Assembly: GCA_963793865.1 (NCBI GenBank)
Contig: CAWCBP010000006.1
Coordinates: forward strand, 128,001 to 192,000
Origin: an uncultured delta proteobacterium
GTDB taxonomy: Bacteria; Desulfobacterota; WTBG01
Length of the DNA stretch: 64,000 bases
Direction: 5' to 3'
In this document: one piece after another, positions 1 to 10,280 of the stretch
Position numbering within the stretch: the stretch's first letter is position 1
How the letters are laid out: each line of letters opens with the position of its first letter
Translations under genes and position numbers: made by a program
Notes under the pieces: model-generated
What the model was told of the DNA's origin: nothing
Seen by the model: only the letters and a program-made list of their open reading frames with translations
The model's database searches: none

Positions 1-2
1 TG

Positions 3-671
3 GGCGAATCTTTAGGTGACAATCATCCGACTATTGAAGAGGGAGTTACATGTGCTGATTGTCATGAAATCACCCTTGACGCGAAGACAACGGCAACCCA
101 GATCTGGCTTACGGGAAACTATCTCGGGTTTGCCCCCAATGAAGGGGTTTTAAGCAATGACCGGATCAAAGAAGAGATCATAAAGGCGATGGGCGGCAAG
201 AAGCAGACGCGGACCTGCGTGCTTGGTACCTGCATTAATAACACCCCCCTTACCACCACCGCTGAATTTACCCTCGATCAGGACAACATGACCCTTCACG
301 GCATGCATGAAAAGGGCACGACCAAGCTCATGCATATACAACAGAATCCGCGGGTCAGCGTGAACTGGCACAAGGATTTTACCGGCTTTGCGGGAACCTA
401 CTGCGTGCAGTTCATAGGGCACGCGGAACTGATTGAAGGAACGGATCCCGCGTTCGAGAAGATCATGATCGACTGCATCCCTTACGAGAAAAGCGCGCAG
501 GAGAGGAAAATCACCCCGGAACAGGTGCGCGCCGTGACAAAGCAAATGATGCTCATCACCAGGATTACCATTGATGAAGCGACTATTACCAACATGGAAT
601 TCAGAAAAGACGGCTTCAGACCATGGCAACGCTGGGTAAGAAAAACGGCAGAAAAACAGGCTATGCAATAA
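3..671 (+). CDS. 5'-truncated protein with CxxCH heme-c motif and PNPOx-like FMN split-barrel domain
   Basis: Frame of ORF 189..671 is open to the window edge and reads GESLGDNHPTIEEGVTCADCHEITLDAKTTATQIW; C-part has KLMHIQQNPRVSV; paralog of 7636..8448. Confidence 0.8.
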   Translation, partial: GESLGDNHPTIEEGVTCADCHEITLDAKTTATQIWLTGNYLGFAPNEGVLSNDRIKEEIIKAMGGKKQTRTCVLGTCINNTPLTTTAEFTLDQDNMTLHGMHEKGTTKLMHIQQNPRVSVNWHKDFTGFAGTYCVQFIGHAELIEGTDPAFEKIMIDCIPYEKSAQERKITPEQVRAVTKQMMLITRITIDEATITNMEFRKDGFRPWQRWVRKTAEKQAMQ

Positions 672-716
672 ACTTCCCACAAACCGGGTGAACAGATTTG
701 CCGTGACAAGTGAAAC

Positions 717-1994
717 ATGATCTATGACATTGCGATAGTAGGCGCTGGCCCGGCAGGGCTGATGGCGGCCCGGACGGCCGCTGAAAACGGTTTGCAGGCG
801 GTGCTCATCGAGAAACGGAATGATATTACCGCGATAAAGCGCGCCTGCTGCATGCAGCTTATCATGGATGAAGATTATGAGGGCGAGACTATCCGCGTCA
901 AGGAACGTGCGGTGGTCTTCCCGCGCAACAATTTTACCGTTGAGTATTACGGACCGCTCCTTCCGCTGACTCATAAATATTACATCTCACCGGGGGGACA
1001 CCGCATTCATTTTGCCTACCGGGACAGACGCCCCATCATCATCAAATTTGATAAGGGACACCTGCTGCAGAATCTTCTCCGTCAGTGTGAGGACCTCGGC
1101 GTGGAGGTGAGGAGCGGAACCAGGGTGTGCGCAGCAGAGGATGGACCCGAAGGAGTGAAACTTAAGACCGCATCAGCACGGGTGCAGTCGGTGATTCAGG
1201 CGAGGAAGCTGATTGCCGCGGACGGGGTTAATGCGCATATCGCTGAAATGCTGGGCATGAACCACGCGAGACAGTATTTTGCCACCGGCATGGCGCTTAT
1301 CCACTATGTTAAGGGAATCAAGGGTTTTGAGCCGACGGCCTGGAAAAGTTATTTCGGGCTCGCCTATCAGTCGAGAAGCCCGGTGATGATAACCTCTTCC
1401 CTGTTCGGTGATGATGTTGCCTCGGTGGTGACCATCGGCAGTAAGCTCAGCCCGCCGGGAAGGATATTTGCTGATTGTATATCCAGAAGCCCCCTTGCCC
1501 CGCTCTTCAAAGGAGCGAAGATAGTGGGAAAACGGGGGTGCAGCGCCAAGGCCTATACCTCGCTACAGGTGCCGCACCGCGGCAATGTTCTGATCATCGG
1601 TGATGCCGCCGCCTATGTTGAGATAGAAGTCCAGGGAGCGCTGATGACCGGTTTTAACGCCGGGAAGGCGGTTACGAAAGAACTGCACGGCGGCGATGGT
1701 TTCCGGGAGTATACCGGCTGGTGGCAAAGCTCCTTTGAATTTAATACGGATAAGTATTTGCAGGTTGCCCAGGGGTTTGCCCTGGTACCGGCCTATACCG
1801 ATGATGAACTCGATTATCTGTTCTCGCTGATCGAAGATGAGGAGCTTGAAGGAACATACAGTCAATACAAATCACCCCGGATCATGTGGGATGCCATCCT
1901 CAGGCACGAAGATGAAATTGCGGTCAACCGCCCCGACCTGCATCAGAAGATCAAGCATAAAAAACTGACGCTGCGCGATATACTGCACGAGTGA
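717..1994 (+). CDS. FAD-dependent oxidoreductase, geranylgeranyl reductase/FixC-like
   Basis: YDIAIVGAGPAG, IAADG and IIGDAA motifs. Confidence 0.8.
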   Translation: MIYDIAIVGAGPAGLMAARTAAENGLQAVLIEKRNDITAIKRACCMQLIMDEDYEGETIRVKERAVVFPRNNFTVEYYGPLLPLTHKYYISPGGHRIHFAYRDRRPIIIKFDKGHLLQNLLRQCEDLGVEVRSGTRVCAAEDGPEGVKLKTASARVQSVIQARKLIAADGVNAHIAEMLGMNHARQYFATGMALIHYVKGIKGFEPTAWKSYFGLAYQSRSPVMITSSLFGDDVASVVTIGSKLSPPGRIFADCISRSPLAPLFKGAKIVGKRGCSAKAYTSLQVPHRGNVLIIGDAAAYVEIEVQGALMTGFNAGKAVTKELHGGDGFREYTGWWQSSFEFNTDKYLQVAQGFALVPAYTDDELDYLFSLIEDEELEGTYSQYKSPRIMWDAILRHEDEIAVNRPDLHQKIKHKKLTLRDILHE

Positions 1995-2013
1995 AGGAAA
2001 GAGGAGGAAAACC

Positions 2014-3573
2014 ATGAGTCTACCCAAAGGTGCCTACGAAGCCCTGTCGAATGCGCTCGGGCCTGACAATATCTGTGACGACCCGGGTGTAACCTGTGCC
2101 TACAGCTACATGTGGCTGCTCTACAGCACGCATGCCCAGTCCGGGAGGTACCGGCCCGCCGCCGTGGCTCTTCCCGGAAACACCAGGGATGTGCAGACCA
2201 TTATACAAATTGCCAACCGGTACCGGTTCAATTACATCCCGGTCGGAACCAACCTCCTGCCACCCACCATCCCGGCCCGGCCGGATACGGTTATTATTGA
2301 TCCGAAACGCATGAACGCCATTCTGGAAATTGACGAAAAAAACATGTACGCGGTTGTCCAGCCGTACGTGACCTACGCTCAGCTTCAGGCGGAAGCCATG
2401 AAGCGGGGATTGACCATCACTGTGGCGGAAGCGGGGGCACAGGTTTCGGTACTGGCCAATAACATGTTTCAGGGCATGGGGGGTACCGGGCATAAGTTTG
2501 GATTCAACCGGGGTGTGTTGGGCTGTGACTGGGTGCTGCCGACCGGTGAACTCCTGAAGATTGGATCAAGGGGCAACGCCAATGGCGAATGGTTCTGGGG
2601 CGATTGTGCGGGACTGAATCTGAAGGGATTGCTGCGCGGCGACTCGGGCCATTGCGGCGGGCTGGGCATGGTTACCGCCATGGCGGTCAAACTCTTCCCC
2701 TATCCGGGGCCGAAGGTATTTCCGGTGAAAGGCAGCAATCCCGACTTTACCGCCCAATTTCCAAAAGATCGCTTCCACCTTAATCTTATCAAGTTTCCCG
2801 AAAGGAAGAGACTGATTGATGCCATGTACGAGATCGGGCATGCAGAGATAGCGGCATGCGTGCACGAGGAGCCGGCAAGCATGGTGTTGTCCTATGCGTC
2901 TCCCTCGGTTGAAAAGTTCTGGGAAATGTGGCCGGAATTTAAAAAGAAGTGGAGGAATGTTCTCTCGGTAACCATCATCGGCTTTTCATCGCCGGCACAG
3001 GTTGCCTACGAGCAGAAGGTGCTTGATGCAATCGTAAAAGAGCAGGGCGGTGAATATATTAAGGAAGGTTCCGCACTCTGGGAAATAGGGAAAGACAACC
3101 TGGGGGAACAAATCAGGTGCGGCTTCTCCAACCGGCTGTTCAGGATTGCAGGTGACTTTTTTGTCATCGGAGGGTTCAGTTTCGATTCGATCGATCAGAG
3201 CTATAAAATGAGCGAAGAATATATGTGGCCCATTATCGAAGAAGGACAGAAAAAAGGGCACTTCATAGAAGATGATACGCATAATGACTGGCTCAACTCG
3301 TACCAGCTCGGACATTATTCTGAAACCGAACCGCTGATTTACTTTGAACACGATCTGGAGGCAGGCGGGTCATTCATCAACGGTTATGCGCGCACCATAA
3401 CCGAAGCGGTTAAAAGAAAAATGGCGCCCACCTGGCCTCTGGGACCAATGAACTATATTGCCGGTCCCCACATGTGCAACTACCACGAGCTGGTCCTGAA
3501 GATAAAGAAGACAATGGACCCCCGGATGACCTCAAATCCTGACTACCCGGTGCCCCCCGAGCCTCCCCGTTGA
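2014..3573 (+). CDS. FAD-binding oxidoreductase (VAO/GlcD-like)
   Basis: PAAVALP..DVQTII, IDPKRMNAILEID, VVQPYVT, C-terminal KKTMDP..NP; RBS GAGGAGG. Confidence 0.85.
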   Translation: MSLPKGAYEALSNALGPDNICDDPGVTCAYSYMWLLYSTHAQSGRYRPAAVALPGNTRDVQTIIQIANRYRFNYIPVGTNLLPPTIPARPDTVIIDPKRMNAILEIDEKNMYAVVQPYVTYAQLQAEAMKRGLTITVAEAGAQVSVLANNMFQGMGGTGHKFGFNRGVLGCDWVLPTGELLKIGSRGNANGEWFWGDCAGLNLKGLLRGDSGHCGGLGMVTAMAVKLFPYPGPKVFPVKGSNPDFTAQFPKDRFHLNLIKFPERKRLIDAMYEIGHAEIAACVHEEPASMVLSYASPSVEKFWEMWPEFKKKWRNVLSVTIIGFSSPAQVAYEQKVLDAIVKEQGGEYIKEGSALWEIGKDNLGEQIRCGFSNRLFRIAGDFFVIGGFSFDSIDQSYKMSEEYMWPIIEEGQKKGHFIEDDTHNDWLNSYQLGHYSETEPLIYFEHDLEAGGSFINGYARTITEAVKRKMAPTWPLGPMNYIAGPHMCNYHELVLKIKKTMDPRMTSNPDYPVPPEPPR

Positions 3574-3704
3574 GGAAGGTGATGTGCGATGTGCGACCAT
3601 CTGATTGCGGATTTCGGAATGCGGAGGGACAGAAGACTCATGGAGTGATGATGTGATCTGGGATGTGAGATATTCATGTTCAAATTTTTTTGTGGAGATA
3701 TGCC

Positions 3705-5237
3705 ATGCCGGAAAAAATCCCTGCCAAAGTTGATTATATAAAACCTTTACAGGACAAGCCTTACAGTGAAGTGGTTGCAGAAAAGGATGGTCATCATAAG
3801 GAGGTAAAAGAAAGGCTCATAAACATTGTGGGGGCAGAGCAGGTTACGGATGATCCGGATGTTTTGACTCGCTATTCCAGGGATACAAGTCTTCAACCAC
3901 CGGGAAAGCCGTCTTTCGTTGTCTTTCCAAAAGATTCCAGGCAGATTTGTGAACTGGTTGTGTATGCCAACGAGATAAAGCTCCCTGTCGTGCCGGTGAG
4001 CTCCGGCACCCACCATTATGGTGCGGCAGTGCCGCGCACGGGGGGCATGGTGGTGGACCTTTCAGGCTGGAAGAATATCCACAAGATCGATTACCGGAAC
4101 CGCGCCGTCCGGATAGACCCCGGAGTAACCTACGACCAGCTTCAGGAGGCATTGGAAAAAGAGGGATTGAGGGCCTTAATGCCGCTTCTTCCCCGCCGGG
4201 ATCAATCGGTGCTTACCGCCCATCTTGAAGCGCTTCCCATGCTGATACCGGAATTTAACTACAGTGAGCCGCTCTACACCGCAGAGATAGTAATGCCGCA
4301 AGGCGATATTTTCAGAACCGGCGCCGCGGCAATGGCCCCGCCGGAGACGACGAACACCGATCTGATCGGTCCCTGGGGCCCCGGTTTTGACTGGAACCGG
4401 CTCTATACCCGCTCCCAGGGAACACTCGGCATAGTCACCTGGGCCAACATCATGGCTGAACCGCTGCCGGTCAAACAGAAACTGTATTTCACCCCATTCA
4501 GTGCACTTGAGGACCTTGTTTCCCTTATCTATAAAGTTCAGCGAGATGGATCGGCTATGAGTGCTTTGCACTCAACCGATCAAGCCTCGCCATGATTTGG
4601 TGACAGCATGCCGGCTGATTACGTAAAACTGAAACGGGTTCTGCCTGAATATACCCTCCTCTTCTGCATCGGGGGGCTGAAGCGTTTTCCGGATGAACGG
4701 ATTGCCTACCAGGAAGCGGACTTCATGGAGATTGCTCAGGAGTACGGTGTTCGTCCGCAACTCACCGTGCCCGATGTTCCCCAGGCTGCTTCCTTCTTTG
4801 AAAAACACTTACGACGCTGCTGGCACAAGGATATATACTGGAAAGATGCCTGCAAAGGGGCAAGCGCCGATATATTTTTCCTCACACCCATGGAAAAAGC
4901 GCCGCTTCTTTATCGCGGCAATGAAAGAAGAGGCGATAAGGTACAGTATGAACCGGATGATATCGGCGTTTACCTGCAGCCCATAGAAAATGGCAGGGTT
5001 TGTCACCTTGAATTCACCATTCCCTACAACCCTCACGATGCACGCGAATGTGATCTTATAAGAAACCTTAACCGGTCGGCCAGCGAACGGGCGTACGCCC
5101 TTGGTGCGCACTTTACCAGGACATATGGGATATGGGCTGAGATGGTGTATGGAAGGAATGCCGTTCATTATCAAACTGCGAAGATGATTAAAGAAACACT
5201 CGACCCCAACAACATAATGAATCCCGGTAAAATGTGA
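3705..5237 (+). CDS. FAD-binding oxidoreductase (GlcD-like), split by apparent frameshifts
   Basis: ORFs 3690..4595 and 4608..5237 are N- and C-halves (IDPGVT, GTLGIVT, LDPNNIMNPGK); a bridging frame RWIGYECFALNRSSLAMI lies at ~4545-4598. Confidence 0.75.
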
Positions 5238-5262
5238 TTTGACCGGAGACAGGAGTACTCTG

Positions 5263-6525
5263 ATGAGTCTTGAAAAGTACCGATGGGATCTTGTGAATTG
5301 TGAGCGCTGCTCCATGTGTAAATGGGTTCATCCCTGGACGGTTAAGAGCAAGGAACGGGCGGCTGTGTGCCCTTCAATGAAAAAATACCTTTACGATGCC
5401 TATTCCGCCCAGGGCAGGTTTGACCTTGCCCGTGCGCTGCTTGAAGGGGAAATAGAGCTTACCCCCAAGGTGCTTGAGGTGATCTATACCTGCACCCTGT
5501 GCGGGGCGTGTGATGTCACCTGCAAGTTCAGCCGCGACATGGAACCGCTTGAGATTCTGCATGAGCTGCGCAGCCTGGCGGTCAAAGAAGGAAAAGGACC
5601 GTTGCCCGGTCATATGCCGGCGGTTGAAAGCATCCGGAAAAACAGCAATCCCTGGCTGCAACCCAGGACACGGCGCGCGCACTGGGCGCGAAAACTGGGC
5701 TTGAAAGATCTCAACAAGGAAAAAGCGGACGTCCTCTACTTTGCCGGGTGCACCTACTCGTACAATGCTAATTTGCAGAAGGTTGCTCAATCAACCGCGC
5801 GCATTATGAAGGAAGCAGGGGTGGACGTGGGAATTCTCGGCACGAATGAAAGCTGCTGCGCAAGCCCCGCTCTGAAAGTAGGAATGACCGATCTGTTTCA
5901 TGAGTTTGCAAGGAAGAATATTAAGATGTTTAATGAACTCGGGGTAAAGACGGTGGTAACCTCATGTGCCGGATGCTACGGGATCTTCCGGAGCCAGTAC
6001 CCCGCCGTGGAAACGATGAATTTTGAGGTGGTGCACAGTGTCGAGATGATTGATCAGCTGATACAGAATGGCACATTGAAGTTTAAAAAGGAGATTCCCA
6101 TGAAGGTTACCTGGCATGACCCCTGTCACAGCGGGAGGGGCGGCGAGAAACAGAATCTCTGGGAAGGTGAAAGAACGAAGTGGGGGCTTTCCGATCCGCC
6201 CCGCGAGCGGAATTTTGGTGCGCGCGGTGTCTATGATGCGCCCCGAAATATTCTCAAGGCTCTGCCGGGAATTGATTTGGTCGAGATGGAACGGATACGG
6301 GAATTCTCATGGTGCTGTGGTGCGGGAGGGGGGGTAAAGTCAGCGTTTCCCGAGTTTGCCCTGGAATCTGCGCTGGAGCGCATCGATGAGGCAAAGGCGA
6401 CCGGCGCCGAGGCGCTGGTAACTTCATGTCCCTGGTGTGAGTCAAACTTGGCCGATGCCATTGCCGCTGACGGAGGTAAAATAAAATTGTACAGCCTGGT
6501 TGATCTGGTTGAGCAGGCTTTGTAA
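5263..6525 (+). CDS. Fe-S protein with two CCG domains (GlcF/HdrD-like)
   Basis: CERCSMC, CTLCGACDVTC, YFAGC, ESCCA, WHDPCH, WCCGAGGG, TSCPWC; RBS AGGAG. Confidence 0.9.
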   Translation: MSLEKYRWDLVNCERCSMCKWVHPWTVKSKERAAVCPSMKKYLYDAYSAQGRFDLARALLEGEIELTPKVLEVIYTCTLCGACDVTCKFSRDMEPLEILHELRSLAVKEGKGPLPGHMPAVESIRKNSNPWLQPRTRRAHWARKLGLKDLNKEKADVLYFAGCTYSYNANLQKVAQSTARIMKEAGVDVGILGTNESCCASPALKVGMTDLFHEFARKNIKMFNELGVKTVVTSCAGCYGIFRSQYPAVETMNFEVVHSVEMIDQLIQNGTLKFKKEIPMKVTWHDPCHSGRGGEKQNLWEGERTKWGLSDPPRERNFGARGVYDAPRNILKALPGIDLVEMERIREFSWCCGAGGGVKSAFPEFALESALERIDEAKATGAEALVTSCPWCESNLADAIAADGGKIKLYSLVDLVEQAL

Positions 6526-6597
6526 ACGTACGAAGCACGAACCATGCAAGCGGATTCCGGCTTTCACGGGCATGACATGTGCGTTCAATTTCCAAAG

Positions 6598-6625
6598 GTA
6601 GGAGCGACCGGCCGGTCGCCCCTAC
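6598..6625. repeat. REP-like palindrome, GTAG type A
   Basis: GTAGGAGCGACCGGCCGGTCGCCCCTAC; near-copy at 7428. Confidence 0.8.
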
Positions 6626-6665
6626 AGGATAACACCATACAATAAGGTTAAGGGCAAAAAACGCC

Positions 6666-7292
6666 ATGAAGATTCTCGGGTTTTTAGGAAGCCCCCGGCT
6701 CAATGGGAAGTGCAGCAGGTTATTGAAGGAAGCATTGACGGCAGCAGCGGGCCGGGGTGCCCGTATCAAACGTTTCGAGCTGATAAAATGCAACATTCTG
6801 CATTGCAGGGGATGTTTTAAGTGCATGTTTGACAATCCTACACTGCGCATAGGAAGATGCCCCCTTAAAGATGATATGGTTTACATACTTGAGCAGTATC
6901 AGGAAGCAGATGGGTATATCTTCGCCAGCCCTTCCTACGAGGGCTATGTTACCGCCCTGATGAAGAAATTTCTGGAACGGAAAATAGCCCTTGGCTGCAG
7001 GGCAAAAGAGGCGTTCGGTACCATTGCCGAGGCGCGCGTACCGGCAGCCTTTATGAAGAGGGCTTCTTTCATCGTCACCGCCAATTGTACTGATGAATTC
7101 AGGGAGATCATGGGTGATCCCTGCTTTGAAGCCATGGAGGGCCACTTGATGGTGGAGCAGGTCCCCACCGTGGACCGGCTGTATGTCGGCGGTACTGAAA
7201 ACATGACCGATGAGGTCTTCTCGGAAAAACTGTCTTGTGCACGCCAGGTCGGTATCAGGCTGGTTGAGGAAATAGAAAAGGCAAAATCTTAG
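6666..7292 (+). CDS. Iron-sulfur flavoprotein / NADPH-dependent FMN reductase family
   Basis: GSPRLNG, CRGCFKC..CPLKDDM, FASPSY..ALMKKFLER. Confidence 0.85.
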   Translation: MKILGFLGSPRLNGKCSRLLKEALTAAAGRGARIKRFELIKCNILHCRGCFKCMFDNPTLRIGRCPLKDDMVYILEQYQEADGYIFASPSYEGYVTALMKKFLERKIALGCRAKEAFGTIAEARVPAAFMKRASFIVTANCTDEFREIMGDPCFEAMEGHLMVEQVPTVDRLYVGGTENMTDEVFSEKLSCARQVGIRLVEEIEKAKS

Positions 7293-7293
7293 A

Positions 7294-7402
7294 AGATTTC
7301 TCCCTGCGGTCGAAATGGCACGTGAGAGGCCTGAGAATGAAATGACCTGGTAAATTTAGCCTATCGTGACATTTCGAAGAAGCCGCAGCGACTGAGAAGT
7401 CT
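7294..7402. repeat. Degenerate intergenic repeat halves (AGATTTCTC..CGAAATG / CATTTCGA..GAGAAGTCT)
   Basis: Two partly complementary segments at 7294-7317 and 7368-7402. Confidence 0.4.
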
Positions 7403-7427
7403 TCTTTAATTTTTCTATTTTCAAATT

Positions 7428-7451
7428 GTAGGGGCGACCGGCCGGTCGCCC
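7428..7451. repeat. REP-like palindrome, GTAG type A
   Basis: GTAGGGGCGACCGGCCGGTCGCCC. Confidence 0.75.
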
Positions 7452-7483
7452 ATTATTTTCGATTAAACCCGCTTTAACACCCG

Positions 7484-7528
7484 GAGTCTCCGCTAGCACT
7501 GTTGAGCCATCGAGCGGAGACTCTTTTT
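7484..7528 (+). terminator. Probable intrinsic terminator
   Basis: 11-bp stem GAGTCTCCGCT/AGCGGAGACTC followed by TTTTT; loop is long (18 nt). Confidence 0.55.
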
Positions 7529-7635
7529 GTTGCTTAAATTATGGAATTGCGCTATATAGGATAGCCCATTGGGACTGAATAACCATGGTTCATGTTTTAG
7601 AGTGGGGAAATTTAATCACAAGGAGGTAGTCGGGT

Positions 7636-8448
7636 ATGAGAAGCACGAAAAAATGGTTGGGATTGTTCGTCATCACCTGTGCCATCGCGCTGTATTCCGG
7701 TCTGTTTGCAGCCCAGGAAGCGCCGGCGCCCAAGACAGAACCCGCCGCACCGGCAGAGGCGAAAAGCATCGATGCCACCGCAGCGTATGAAAGCACTCAT
7801 CCGGCAATAGAGCCGGGCCTTGCCTGCAATGACTGTCATGAGATTAAGCTCGATGCGAATACCACCGCCACCCAGCTGTGGCTTTCGGGAGAATGGGGTG
7901 CAAAAAAAGCGGGTGAAGGAATTATGTCCAAGGAGCAGGTGTGGCAGGAAATCGTAAAAATTATCGGCGGCATCAAGATGGACTCCAAGACCTATGTGCT
8001 CGGCACCAGCGTGAATAATGTGCCCCTTACCACCACCGCTGAATTCACCCTCGACCCCGAAAAGAAGGTGCTCTACGGCTTTCACGAGCAGGGAACCGAA
8101 AAGCTTGTGCACATCAGGAACAACCCCCAGGTAAGCCTCAACTTCCATGAAGAGTTTACGGGCTTCGCCGGAAACTATCTCTGCTGCCAGATACGGGGAC
8201 GCGCGGAGCTGCTGGACGGGAGCAGTCCCGAGTTTGAGCAGGTCATGATACGTTTTCTTCCGTACGAGGAAGGCGCCCGTGTTCCCAAAGACGCGACTCC
8301 GCAGCAGCGGGAAGAACATCTGGCAAAATGGAGACAGGGGGTAAAGAACAGTTTCTATATCAGCAAAATAACCATCGATCGCGTGACCATCATCTCCCGT
8401 GATTTTGCAAAGCAGGGCTTGAGAATGGCGCAGCGCTGGGAGCGGTAA
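7636..8448 (+). CDS. Secreted CxxCH heme-c + PNPOx-like split-barrel protein
   Basis: Signal peptide, Ala/Pro linker, CNDCH, KLVHIRNNPQVSL..QIRGRAEL; RBS AGGAGG. Confidence 0.8.
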   Translation: MRSTKKWLGLFVITCAIALYSGLFAAQEAPAPKTEPAAPAEAKSIDATAAYESTHPAIEPGLACNDCHEIKLDANTTATQLWLSGEWGAKKAGEGIMSKEQVWQEIVKIIGGIKMDSKTYVLGTSVNNVPLTTTAEFTLDPEKKVLYGFHEQGTEKLVHIRNNPQVSLNFHEEFTGFAGNYLCCQIRGRAELLDGSSPEFEQVMIRFLPYEEGARVPKDATPQQREEHLAKWRQGVKNSFYISKITIDRVTIISRDFAKQGLRMAQRWER

Positions 8449-8450
8449 CC

Positions 8451-9254
8451 ATGAAGGCAGTTGTCATAACCGGCAGCACCAAGGGGATCGGGCTGGGGCT
8501 GGCGCGGGAGTTTTTGAAACGGGACTGTTCCGTCGTCATCAGTTCGCGAAGCAGGCCAAAGCTTGAGCAGGTCGTAGCGGAATTGCGCAAGGAGTTCGGG
8601 GCTGACCGTGTTGCGGGGCAGCCCTGCGACGTTACCGATAGCGGCCAGGTGCAGGCGCTCTGGGACGCGGCGGTAAAGAGCTATGGCAGGGTTGACGTCT
8701 GGATCAACAATGCCGGCATTGCCAACACCATGCTGAGCCTTCTGGAATTGGACCTGGCCGAAGTTGCCCCTGTCATCGACACCAACGTAACCGGCCTGAT
8801 ATACGGCTCAATGATCGCCCTGAGAGGAATGGTAAAACAGGGCGGCGGCCAGATTTATAATGTGTATGGCCATGGGTTCAATGATAATAAAGTATCCGGC
8901 CTGCACGTTTATGGCACCACCAAGCGGGCGGTACGGTATTTCAGCGAAGCCCTCATTCAAGACGCGGAGGGAACGCCGGTGCAGGCGGGGATCATCGGCC
9001 CGGGCATTGTGGTCACGGATTTCCTCATTGACGATATGCGCAAAATGACCCCCGAGCAGCTTGAAATGGTGAAACCGATTTACAACTGCATGGCCGATAC
9101 GGTTGAGACAGTCACGCCGTTTTTAGTTGAAGGGATTCTTAAGAATGACAAAAACGGCAGCGAGATCCACTGGCTGACTGAGGAGAAGATAAACGAGCGC
9201 ATGAACTCTGATGAGTACTGCAGCAGGGACTTGTTCAGCCGCTACGGGCTTTGA
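8451..9254 (+). CDS. Classical SDR, NYC1/NOL (chlorophyll b reductase)-like subfamily
   Basis: ITGSTKGIG..LAREFLK, DVWINNAG, YGTTK catalytic motif. Confidence 0.85.
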   Translation: MKAVVITGSTKGIGLGLAREFLKRDCSVVISSRSRPKLEQVVAELRKEFGADRVAGQPCDVTDSGQVQALWDAAVKSYGRVDVWINNAGIANTMLSLLELDLAEVAPVIDTNVTGLIYGSMIALRGMVKQGGGQIYNVYGHGFNDNKVSGLHVYGTTKRAVRYFSEALIQDAEGTPVQAGIIGPGIVVTDFLIDDMRKMTPEQLEMVKPIYNCMADTVETVTPFLVEGILKNDKNGSEIHWLTEEKINERMNSDEYCSRDLFSRYGL

Positions 9255-9477
9255 TGTAATCAGCCTCTGTGGACGCCGAGGTCAAAATCGACACAACGTC
9301 CAGCGGCCAGCGATAAAAAGTACTGAAAGGCACTTAGAAGGTTTTCTGAGTGCTTTTTCTTTCTTGGACATGAGTTGGTAGATATTTTAGTAGCATCTTG
9401 CCCTTTGCAGTGAGGAAGTCTCAAAATTTTGAAGACCGGATATTGACTTATTATATATTGTATGTTATTTAAAGTGC

Positions 9478-9491
9478 GTTGGATATCCAAC
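9478..9491. promoter_or_regulatory. Perfect 14-bp palindrome, candidate MarR operator
   Basis: GTTGGATATCCAAC immediately upstream of the MarR gene. Confidence 0.5.
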
Positions 9492-9504
9492 TGACATCCG
9501 GGGT

Positions 9505-10026
9505 GTGATAATGGATTATAGAAATTTCGATGAAAATGAATCGTTGGCTATGCTTCTGGACAGATCGACCAGGGACCTGGGAATCAGTCTGCAAAGGATT
9601 TTTAAAAATAATGGCTTTGATATAACCGTTGAACAGTGGATGATTCTCTTGCTGCTCTGGAAGAAAAACGGCCGGACCCAGCAGGAAATTGCCAATATAA
9701 TCGGGAAGGATAAAGGAACTATTTCCCCGCAGATTGATGGTTTGCAAAAACGCGAACTGATCATGCGCATGCAGGATCAAAATGACAAGCGGCACAATTT
9801 GATATGCCTGACCAGAAAGGGAAGAGATATGGAAGAAAAACTCGTCCCCCTGGGGTTTGCCAATATCGAGATTGCACAGTACGGGATCACCGAGGAGGAT
9901 ATGCAAATCTGCAAGGAGGTGCTGCGAAGAATATGCAGGAATTTGGAAGAGGGAAATGCAGTGTCTCTGGAACGGGGAATTCAGCGCATTAAGAGAGCCC
10001 GGGGAATCAGCCGGGTTGAACCATAA
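9505..10026 (+). CDS. MarR family transcriptional regulator
   Basis: DITVEQWMIL, TQQEIA, DKRHNLICLTRKG. Confidence 0.9.
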   Translation: MIMDYRNFDENESLAMLLDRSTRDLGISLQRIFKNNGFDITVEQWMILLLLWKKNGRTQQEIANIIGKDKGTISPQIDGLQKRELIMRMQDQNDKRHNLICLTRKGRDMEEKLVPLGFANIEIAQYGITEEDMQICKEVLRRICRNLEEGNAVSLERGIQRIKRARGISRVEP

Positions 10027-10280
10027 ATGAATTGTATGCAATGAAATTTTATAATTATACAGCTTTTAATGTAGTGTCTCAGGTTGCAAAAAAGCTCTTT
10101 ATCAAAGAGAACATATTATGAGCTCTTCATTAAGAAACGCAGGAGGAGGTGAAATTAAAAAATCATTAATTAACATGACTACTTTGTTTTGTAATCTCAC
10201 GGGAATGCTTGTAATACTGATTTATAGTATCTAGACTTTCAGTGATTGATTCATAACAAACAACAAGGAGGAGGAGAAAA

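Noticed and set aside
4596..4607. Selenocysteine TGA or programmed frameshift in the FAD oxidase
   Set aside because: Downstream coding continues in a different frame; no SECIS or slippery site recognised; indel error is simpler.
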